This document shows positions 25,659 through 32,000 of a stretch of DNA of 32,000 nt, piece by piece. The stretch comes from Nitrososphaera viennensis EN76 (GTDB lineage Archaea > Thermoproteota > Nitrososphaeria > Nitrososphaerales > Nitrososphaeraceae). The stretch covers positions 780,001 to 812,000 of the forward strand of contig NZ_CP007536.1 of assembly GCF_000698785.1 (NCBI RefSeq), written 5' to 3'. Numbering within the stretch: position 1 is the stretch's first letter; each line of letters begins with the position of its first letter. Below the pieces are notes generated by a model. The model searched no databases and was not told where the DNA came from. It saw nothing but the letters and a program-made list of their open reading frames with translations. The position numbers and the translations under genes are program-made.

Positions 25659-28361
25659 ATGGGATTATTCGAACGCATCAGAAAGAAGCCGGACGTAGAG
25701 AAGGAAGGCAAAATTCATGAAGAGTTTGACATTTCAAAATATCTTGAACCTAACACAGAACCGATATACCTGCTGGGCGTTGACAGTAACACCGGCGAGA
25801 GGAAGGGCCTGTACAAGAGCGACAGGGGACACACGCTCATAATAGGAAGGACGCAGTACGGCAAGACCACTCTCATAGAAACGCTGATACTTGAGCATGT
25901 ACAGGAAAACGAGACATTTGTCTACATTGACCCGTCCGGCGATTCTGTCAACAAAATATTGGCGTTGATACCTGACGAGAAGAGAAAGAACACGATACTT
26001 ATCGACCCTATGACAATACACACGCACGGCAGGGTGGTCAAGATTGATTTTCTGGAATATTCAAATAGCCTGTCACGTCTGAAAGTTGCGCAGGGCTTCA
26101 TTGACGCTGTGAAAAAGCTCTCAGGCGGGATGTGGGGGCCTCTGCTTGAAAGGATAATGAGAAACACCATCCTGCTTCTCATAGACCAGGAGAAAGGTTC
26201 CACCGACATAACTGACTGCTATTACGTGATAAACGATGTCGAGTACAGAGAGCGACTAATGAGAAACTGCTCAAACAAAGACGTCGTCAACTTTTTTGTC
26301 AACGACTTTGGCAGGATAAGGCCAGAGTCGCTTGAGCCAATCCTGACAAGGCTCAACACCATCCTTGTCGACCCTCTGGTAAAAGAGATGTTCCGGACCA
26401 AGAGGAAAGATGGCGCGGTAGTCAAGACTCTGGACCTGAGAGACGCCATAGACGGCGGCAAATTCGTCCTGGTCAACCTTTCAAAGGCAAGGCTTGGCGA
26501 CATGTCTGCGTTTATCGGCAGCCTGCTCTTGGACAAGATATTCCAGACTGCGATAAGCAGGGCAGACGAGCGAGTGAAGGAGAAAAGGAAGGCATGTTAC
26601 CTGTATGTAGATGAAGCCCACACTTTTGTAACAGACGCAGTGATAGACATATTGCGCGAGGTAGCAAAGTACCGCCTCTATTTCACTCTGGTTACCCAGT
26701 ATCCGTCCGGGTTTACCGAAGAGATAAAGAAAGCAGTATTTGGGAACTGCTCTACAATCATAACGTTCTCTGTAGGTCCTGACACTGCAAAGGAGATAGC
26801 ACCTTTCTTTGTTCCTTATGACACACAGACGATAATGCTCCTTCCGAGGTACGAGTTCATGGTAAGCACCAAGATGAAGGGGATACCGCTAAAACCATTT
26901 TCACTTTCGACGCATCACACGCAGATCAAGGATTTGGAATTGATCAAAAGGAGCGAAGAATGCATGGCAGAAAGCCTGCGTATATACGGACAGGAGGTAA
27001 GTTCGGACCCTCTGCAAGACAAGGCTGAGAGCAATGAGGTTATTGTTATCGCTCCGAAGAACGCTGCCTTTCCAAGGCCGCCATTCTTCACAACGCCAAT
27101 AAAGTGGTTTATCCAGACAAGGCTCTTTTTTGAGAGTAATGGAATGACTATGAAAGCCCTCTTTGAACAGGCAGTATCATCGCCCCATCACCACAAACCC
27201 TACGATTCAGGATTTCAGAAAGTAAAGGCAGTCTTGCACGAGATGGTAAGAGAAGGGCTGGTGCAGACTATTCAGGTAACTGCAGACGATCAATCAGATA
27301 AAAGGAGGTTCGCATTTATGCTGACGGAGTCAGGGCTGAAGCCTTTCTACGAAATACCAAAGGGTGCAAGAGTTGGTGGAAACATACATCTCAACTGGAT
27401 GGACCTCTTCCTCCACGCTTTCTGGAGGATGGGATGGTACTGCATTGCAGACAACGGGCGTCTCAGCGAAGGGCATTCGGACATCTATGCATTCTCGCCA
27501 AAACTGTCAGAGAACGGTTCAAAGCACGACCCGGACGAATGGGAAATCCCGCCGGCCTGGGCTGTGGAGTTTGAGGTCTACCCAGAACGACATCCAAACA
27601 GGACAATCGAGAACTATCTCCGAAATGCGTCCAGCAGGATAAAGACTGTCTTCATAACAGACAGCGAAGAGAGGAAAAAGAGGATACTGCAGGCATTGAA
27701 AGAGCACAGCATTTCTGCCTATGTGCCGGTTTTGCTTGTAAACAGGGCTGCAACTCATTCAGATGTAGAAAAAGTGGTCCATGCATTAACCGCAATCCAA
27801 GAACCTGTATTACTGGAACAAGCAATAGCCGAGGCAGAATTGCCCGATGTGAAAGAGCATGGAAATGAGAGCGTAAGGGAGGTAGAAATTATAGAAAAAC
27901 AAAATCTGACAGATGGAGGCCAGCAAAGAACAACATCGAGTGCGGCACACGTGGCTCCTCCAGTAAACATCAAAACAGAATCTGAAGGAAGGGATATTGA
28001 AGAGCAAGATTCAGGGGATGCAGGCAATGCAAGTATCCCTGGCGAAAATGAAGAAAAGACGCCTGATGAGGGCGGAGAGGAAGAAGACACCGCCACGACA
28101 GTTATGGAGATGCTGTATCAGGAACTTGCAGACGACGAATCCCTGGTCAGGATTCTTCGCGCAGTAAAGGAAAGTCCGGGTCTGAAATCGTCAGACATTG
28201 TAGCCAGACTGGGAATACCCCGGATGTCGTTTATGCGCAAGTCAGCAAAGCTGAAAGAACTGGGGTTGATATTTACAAAGGAAAGGATGCCAGGTTATGC
28301 GATAACTGACAGAGGGATGACGATTCTTGACAAGATCGACGAAAGGGATGATGGCAAGTAA
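25659..28361 (+). CDS. VirD4/TraG/FtsK-HerA-type coupling ATPase fused to wHTH, PD-(D/E)xK-like module, acidic linker and C-terminal wHTH
   Basis: Walker A is GRTQYGKTT (aa 63-71). Walker B is CYLYVDEAHTF (aa 313-323). The middle wHTH-like region spans aa ~480-560. The nuclease-like region has H-L-N-W...SDIYAF...WAVEFEV (aa ~575-690). An acidic low-complexity stretch spans aa ~730-815. The C-terminal MarR/TrmB-like wHTH is ILRAVKESPGLKSSDIVARLGIPRMSFMRKSAKLKELGLI...GYAITDRG. Confidence 0.7.
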   Translation: MGLFERIRKKPDVEKEGKIHEEFDISKYLEPNTEPIYLLGVDSNTGERKGLYKSDRGHTLIIGRTQYGKTTLIETLILEHVQENETFVYIDPSGDSVNKILALIPDEKRKNTILIDPMTIHTHGRVVKIDFLEYSNSLSRLKVAQGFIDAVKKLSGGMWGPLLERIMRNTILLLIDQEKGSTDITDCYYVINDVEYRERLMRNCSNKDVVNFFVNDFGRIRPESLEPILTRLNTILVDPLVKEMFRTKRKDGAVVKTLDLRDAIDGGKFVLVNLSKARLGDMSAFIGSLLLDKIFQTAISRADERVKEKRKACYLYVDEAHTFVTDAVIDILREVAKYRLYFTLVTQYPSGFTEEIKKAVFGNCSTIITFSVGPDTAKEIAPFFVPYDTQTIMLLPRYEFMVSTKMKGIPLKPFSLSTHHTQIKDLELIKRSEECMAESLRIYGQEVSSDPLQDKAESNEVIVIAPKNAAFPRPPFFTTPIKWFIQTRLFFESNGMTMKALFEQAVSSPHHHKPYDSGFQKVKAVLHEMVREGLVQTIQVTADDQSDKRRFAFMLTESGLKPFYEIPKGARVGGNIHLNWMDLFLHAFWRMGWYCIADNGRLSEGHSDIYAFSPKLSENGSKHDPDEWEIPPAWAVEFEVYPERHPNRTIENYLRNASSRIKTVFITDSEERKKRILQALKEHSISAYVPVLLVNRAATHSDVEKVVHALTAIQEPVLLEQAIAEAELPDVKEHGNESVREVEIIEKQNLTDGGQQRTTSSAAHVAPPVNIKTESEGRDIEEQDSGDAGNASIPGENEEKTPDEGGEEEDTATTVMEMLYQELADDESLVRILRAVKESPGLKSSDIVARLGIPRMSFMRKSAKLKELGLIFTKERMPGYAITDRGMTILDKIDERDDGK

Positions 28362-28606
28362 AGTACCGGAACAACTTTTGTCGTGCGGCGATGCCAATTT
28401 CCGCCTTTTATACCTCTAGTGTTCTGAACTAGTAGTTATCAAAAACAACAAGAAATAATCTCCCCCAACCGGCCGAACGAACGACCAGTACGTTTCAAAA
28501 AATGCATGCTGCGTGTGCGCATGCACCACCGGAGTGGCAAGGACCGCCACAAATTTTTCCTAGAGTAAATTTTCAGCAAGCATCTGCAGATGTGCGTTTT
28601 TGCATG

Positions 28607-28758
28607 AAAAGTGGTACCAGTGGTACCAAAAACAGGAAAAGTAGTAGGCGAAATTGGTACCAGAGCACGGTGTTTCTGTAAAAAGTGGTACCAGTGGTAC
28701 CAAAACTCGACCAAAGTGGTACCAGCGCACGCAAAACTGGTACCACTGGTACCAAAAC
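28607..28758. repeat. Iteron array with GGTACC cores: three double units and two single units
   Basis: There are 8 GGTACC hexamers between 28613 and 28753. The 25-mer AAAAGTGGTACCAGTGGTACCAAAA is identical at 28607-28631 and 28681-28705. The third double unit (28733-28757) carries the core in inverted orientation (GGTACCACTGGTACC). The single units GGTACCAG(A/C)GCACG lie at 28656 and 28718. Confidence 0.9.
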
Positions 28759-29108
28759 CAACGGCAGAATCAGAAAAGGACGGCGCCTATAGCAACGGCA
28801 AGTACTGAAAAACAGTTCGGCAAGAGACGACCCTTTCAGTGACCGAGTCAACAGGTTCAAACCATCAATACCCAGAAAAGGCCGACTCGGCGGGATGGTG
28901 TGGAACCAATGCAAGCTGGACAAAACTGACTCTAGCGTTTCGAGAGAGACGACCGCATCTACGCTACCATAACAGTCTGGAATTCAGTGCCAGATTTCTT
29001 TTGCTGTTGCGTTGCAATTCGAAGAGATGTAGTGTGGACTATCCTGGAGCGTGGGAGTTGGCGGGCTAGCTTGCAAACACGGCCCTGACACAACAAGGAG
29101 GTGATAAG

Positions 29109-29417
29109 ATGGCTGTGAAAAATATGAACTACAACGAGGACGGTGACAGCAGGAGGAACGGAACAGGTGGTGACGACGAAATCCTGTGCAAAATGTGGAT
29201 TGATGCAACGACAGAAACGAACTTTGCTGTAAACATGGCAGTAAGGAAGTACAGGAACTCCAAAGAACAGATAGACTATCTGGTAACGCTGGACAGTATC
29301 TTACTCAGGTACCAAGAGATAGTCACACAGACAGTAGCCGAACATGGCAGGCAGGCACAGGCAATTGCAGAAGAGATAAGCGGTCTGGCAGTGGCTGGAG
29401 GTGACTTCATGCTATGA
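29109..29417 (+). CDS. Hypothetical small protein (102 aa)
   Basis: The strong SD AAGGAGGTGA (29095-29104) lies 4 nt before the ATG. The stop overlaps the next start (ATGA). Confidence 0.6.
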   Translation: MAVKNMNYNEDGDSRRNGTGGDDEILCKMWIDATTETNFAVNMAVRKYRNSKEQIDYLVTLDSILLRYQEIVTQTVAEHGRQAQAIAEEISGLAVAGGDFML

Positions 29418-29851
29418 CCGGCAGCAACATCGACCGTAGGGAAGAAAAGTCTGGAATCAATCAAAGAAATCGAAGACAAACAACAACAAGAACCGGAACC
29501 GGAATGACCATGGAGCAGCTTATCCGAGAAACAAGGAAGGAGGTTTACAGAGCGCAGAAAAAAGAAGCAATCCCGAATAAAAACAAGGAGAAAAGTACCG
29601 TACGAAACTCAATGCAGCAGCAACAGGTCATTCCACACGAAATGCAGAGGTATCTGACCAGTGCAGTTGTGCAGGCAGATGAAAGTACGTTGACTGCACA
29701 CCTGCAGGAATTCTGCAGCAAGATTCCATCCGGCAGCTACAGGGTAAAGGTCCTTGTCAGAAAAAACAACAAGGTAACTGTAAGGATGACGTACAGAGGA
29801 GAACAACAGCCGTTACAACAACCAGACATCAGTACCCCGGCAAGCCCCTAG
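29414..29851 (+). CDS. Hypothetical basic/Gln-rich protein (145 aa)
   Basis: ATGA overlap with the upstream ORF suggests translational coupling. No family recognised. Confidence 0.5.
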   Translation: MTGSNIDRREEKSGINQRNRRQTTTRTGTGMTMEQLIRETRKEVYRAQKKEAIPNKNKEKSTVRNSMQQQQVIPHEMQRYLTSAVVQADESTLTAHLQEFCSKIPSGSYRVKVLVRKNNKVTVRMTYRGEQQPLQQPDISTPASP

Positions 29852-30025
29852 GATTTTTGTAACAATCTAGGGTGCAAGCCGTCAGCCAGCCTTTAAAACA
29901 TGCGTCAAAATCCTGGCTAGAACCATCAAGTTGATGGTGGGTTGGAGGTACATTGATGCAGGTATTTCTGTTCTGCAAAGAGCAGCGTGCCGGGCATCAA
30001 GACAAAACACTGGGAGGTGTTTAAA

Positions 30026-30334
30026 ATGCACAACACACACGAGGAATCAAGGAACGTTCTGTTGACGGTAGTAGAAGAAGCAAAAAGAGAAGTCGATAAG
30101 GAAAGGCTGCCAGTCGAGAAAAGTTCAGCAGAAGTGCCCCGAACCGCCGTTACTTTGCTGTCAAAGCTGAACGATTCTGAAAAGCATCGGGCTGCAAAGA
30201 TGGCCGCCATCGCTGTAGAAGTGGACGGAGAAATCTGTTTCAGGCAGATAAATGCGATAGTGCCAGAGACAGCGAAGGTCGTACGGGACAGTACAGGCGT
30301 GTTCGTAGGACTGCCGGCAGTAGTCGGCGGATAA
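30026..30334 (+). CDS. Hypothetical small protein (102 aa)
   Basis: The in-frame ATG at 30026 is preceded by GGGAGGTG (30012-30019). It is preferred over the 29987 start and over the antisense 181-aa ORF. Confidence 0.5.
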   Translation: MHNTHEESRNVLLTVVEEAKREVDKERLPVEKSSAEVPRTAVTLLSKLNDSEKHRAAKMAAIAVEVDGEICFRQINAIVPETAKVVRDSTGVFVGLPAVVGG

Positions 30335-30370
30335 TCCGCAATGATGCAATTTCTGTCCGGCAACACCCCC

Positions 30371-30489
30371 CGTTTTTTTAAAACCACTCTTTGAATGGGA
30401 CGTCCAAATCGACGGTTTTCCTGGTCCCTGCCTATCGATAGTGGGCAGAGTGGAGGTGACGACGGCAACAATAGAGGAGGGAATCTAAA
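30371..30489 (+). promoter_or_regulatory. Promoter/leader module, copy A (T/A-rich box, CCACTCT, GGACGTCCA, TCCTGGTCC, GGCAGAGTGGAGG, AGGAGGGA)
   Basis: It shares ordered blocks with copy B at 31317-31420: CCACTCT 30384, GGACGTCCA 30398, TCCTGGTCC 30419, GGCAGAGTGGAGG 30444 and AGGAGGGA 30475. Confidence 0.55.
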
Positions 30490-31008
30490 ATGACGAGCAA
30501 CAAGACTGTATTCAACAATGACGACGACGGAAAGAACAAGGAAAAGAAGAAACTGAAAGAGATACCTGCAATCAGGTCAATCAACGGCAAACTGGTACCG
30601 GTGATAGAAGTCTACGAAAGTTTCACAGGCTGGTACTGGTTTGTAACTGAAAGGACGCCAGACAGGGACAATCCTGACGAATGTTTTGGACTGGTCATCG
30701 GTCTGGAAAAGGAATGGGGCTACATAGACCCGCCTGCCATCAAGGCAGAACTTGGCAATCTCTTCTGGAAGGTGCACCAGAGGGACGTCTGGTCGATCTC
30801 GCACATAGAGATGGTCAAAGTGGAGGACTGCGCCGGCAACAGCAGTAACGACGTATGCCCGCTGTGCAACGAACCTGTAACGGAGTACCAGACAAGGTAC
30901 ATCGAGAACGGAAGGATCGTCCACGAAAAATGCACTGGCGATGATGCAGAGAACAACGATGTCAAGAGCGTAGACGACCCTGTGTCTGACAACCAAGGAG
31001 CTGAATAG
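30490..31008 (+). CDS. DUF2958-like protein with a C-terminal CxxC...HxxC zinc-binding tail
   Basis: SFTGWYWFVTERTPDRDNPDECFGLVIGLEKEWGYIDPPAIKAELGNLFWKVHQRDVWS matches my recollection of the DUF2958 pattern (T-W-x-x-T-E-x-D/P...FGL-x-x-G-x-x-E-x-GY-x-x-x-x-E-L...RD). The tail has CPLCNEP...HEKC. Confidence 0.55.
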   Translation: MTSNKTVFNNDDDGKNKEKKKLKEIPAIRSINGKLVPVIEVYESFTGWYWFVTERTPDRDNPDECFGLVIGLEKEWGYIDPPAIKAELGNLFWKVHQRDVWSISHIEMVKVEDCAGNSSNDVCPLCNEPVTEYQTRYIENGRIVHEKCTGDDAENNDVKSVDDPVSDNQGAE

Positions 31009-31013
31009 GGCCG

Positions 31014-31253
31014 TTGGCTGCAGGGACAGGAAGGCTTGAACTCTGGACCGACGAGCATGGCGAGCATTTTGCCATTAAGATATCCGGAGACGCAGATTTC
31101 AGAGCGGCAACGTCCAGATACGTCAAGTACGTCAGGATAGTCGACACAGGGCTTTACCTAGCTGACCAGACCTACCAATGGAAGTATACGCTGGACCAAT
31201 GGGTAAAGAACTACAAGAAAGACCTGCAAGAATCAGACGGCGACCGACAGTAG
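31014..31253 (+). CDS. Hypothetical small protein (79 aa)
   Basis: The ORF follows the previous gene after 5 nt. TTG start, unverified. Confidence 0.4.
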   Translation: MAAGTGRLELWTDEHGEHFAIKISGDADFRAATSRYVKYVRIVDTGLYLADQTYQWKYTLDQWVKNYKKDLQESDGDRQ

Positions 31254-31316
31254 TAACATCCAGAGCAGAAGGGGCCACATAATAATCGAACCGATGGCCA
31301 TCGGCAGCATCAGTTT

Positions 31317-31420
31317 CGTCTTTATTTTTTTCAAGCCACTCTCTAAGAAGGACGTCCAGGTCCTGGTCCTTTCCCTAGACGGCAGAGTGGAGGCAGCTGC
31401 AAGAAATCCAAAGGAGGGAT
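31317..31420 (+). promoter_or_regulatory. Promoter/leader module, copy B
   Basis: It has the same ordered blocks as copy A: CCACTCT 31336, GGACGTCCA 31350, TCCTGGTCC 31361, GGCAGAGTGGAGG 31381 and AGGAGGGA 31412. Confidence 0.55.
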
Positions 31421-32000
31421 TTGAAATTGTCTATAAACAACAACCGTACGAACGAAAACAAGAAAAACGCTACTGCCACAGAGGCAGTCAGGATCTACAA
31501 ACCTACGCTTCTCAAGGAGGATCCGTTGCCGCTTGACAGGGCGGAGCTCTCGTACGCAGAGAAGCTACTGCAGGCGTCAAGCAACGGTCTCATACCCGTG
31601 AAACTGGAGCAGGATGTGGTAATCCAGCGTATCTCGCACGACCTCTACGCCAATGCAGAATCTGGCTTTAGAGAGCTTTACAACAACGAAGCCAGGGCAT
31701 GCAGGATAGCAAGGAACCACTACGACGCAAGTCCAAGGATAGAGGTAACCCTCGTCCCGTCAGAAAGGAAACTGGTGATCCACGGGATAGACAGCACAGG
31801 GATGTCCCAGGAGAAATTCCTGACTGTGTACACTGTCCTTGGCAGAAGCGATAATTTCGACTCTACCGAGGTCGGACAATTCGGCATGGGGAGAGCATCG
31901 TACACATGCATGTCAGACATAATGGTGTTGGAGACGTACAGCAGGGAGACTGGGGAAAAGTACGCAGTCATGGGAAAGAACGGAATAGGCTACAACGTGC
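31421..32000 (+). CDS. Second GHKL-like (HATPase_c_3 / Hsp90-like) ATPase, 3' end outside window
   Basis: The open frame runs from TTG 31421 to the window edge. It contains FRELYNNEARA (a degenerate N-box), VIHGIDSTGMSQEKF (G1-like) and VGQFGMGRASY (G2 box, compare Hsp90 GQFGVGFYS). The SD AGGAGGGA lies just upstream. Confidence 0.55.
   Translation, partial: MKLSINNNRTNENKKNATATEAVRIYKPTLLKEDPLPLDRAELSYAEKLLQASSNGLIPVKLEQDVVIQRISHDLYANAESGFRELYNNEARACRIARNHYDASPRIEVTLVPSERKLVIHGIDSTGMSQEKFLTVYTVLGRSDNFDSTEVGQFGMGRASYTCMSDIMVLETYSRETGEKYAVMGKNGIGYNV

Larger units (their letters stand above)
1..32000. mobile_element. Segment of a putative archaeal conjugative plasmid / integrative-conjugative element (boundaries not in window)
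   Basis: Co-occurrence of a ParB-like gene, VirB4-like and VirD4/FtsK-like ATPases, a VapBC toxin-antitoxin pair, an iteron array, a DUF2958-like gene and decayed genes. No integrase or att site was seen, so the extent is unknown. Confidence 0.5.

Noticed and set aside
28607-28758. Possible mini-CRISPR array
   Set aside because: The units are only 15-25 bp with irregular 20-50-bp gaps. One unit is inverted, two are a different single type, and there are no cas genes.
28439-28923. Four overlapping ORFs on both strands (91, 116, 65 and 62 aa) across the iteron region, with WYQWYQ-type translations
   Set aside because: They are produced by the GGTACC repeat units being read in several frames. 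They overlap each other, have no start context and have repeat-driven composition. The region is better treated as non-coding.
29956-30024. 22-codon uORF (MQVFLFCKEQRAGHQDKTLGGV) with GGAGGT upstream, ending 1 nt before the ATG at 30026
   Set aside because: It may act as a coupling uORF, but it is unsupported without comparative data.
29926-30471. 181-aa minus-strand ORF
   Set aside because: It is antisense to an SD-preceded plus-strand gene and runs through the duplicated leader module. Its composition is Ser/Pro/Thr/Arg-rich, and every neighbouring gene is on the plus strand.
31294-31536. 80-aa plus-strand ORF
   Set aside because: It spans leader copy B and the SD and start of the GHKL-like gene in another frame. 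The conserved blocks argue for a non-coding role.

Overview
The window looks archaeal. It has three proteins with class III (type IV pilin) signal peptides, a TFB-type transcription factor, a FlaI/FlaJ-type pilus motor, and TATA-like CTTTTAA(A/G) boxes about 30 nt upstream of many start codons. Its gene content fits a plasmid or integrative-conjugative element (ICE) segment; no integrase, tRNA, rRNA or CRISPR array was seen. A Nitrososphaeria-type host is only a guess from G+C near 50% and gene content.

Left to right:
1. A partial TFB-like gene, translationally overlapped by a ParB-domain/zinc-ribbon gene.
2. A pilin operon ending in a 1704-aa pilin-anchored adhesin built from 8 Ig-like repeats plus lectin-like domains.
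3. An AT-rich three-gene cassette on the opposite strand: a GHKL ATPase, a MIT_C/PLD-like protein and an unknown protein. It splits the pilin genes from the pilus ATPase and is my best candidate for an undescribed conflict/defence system.
4. A FlaI/PilB-family ATPase, a small membrane-protein gene interrupted by an in-frame TGA, and a FlaJ/TadC-like platform protein.
5. A type IV secretion-like block: a polytopic VirB6-like candidate, a VirB3/PrgI-like protein, a VirB4-like ATPase, small membrane proteins, and a 900-aa VirD4/FtsK-like coupling ATPase with wHTH and nuclease-like fusions. The block is interrupted by a minus-strand islet (PH-like protein, VapBC) and a decayed DUF123 gene.
6. A 747-bp non-coding region with a dense array of GGTACC-core iterons directly downstream of the coupling ATPase, a possible clt/oriT/ori.
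7. A cluster of small genes with strong Shine-Dalgarno sites, including a DUF2958-like protein. Two of its genes carry duplicated leader regions. It ends in a second, partial GHKL-like ATPase.

All functional calls come from motif recognition by eye. No searches were run.
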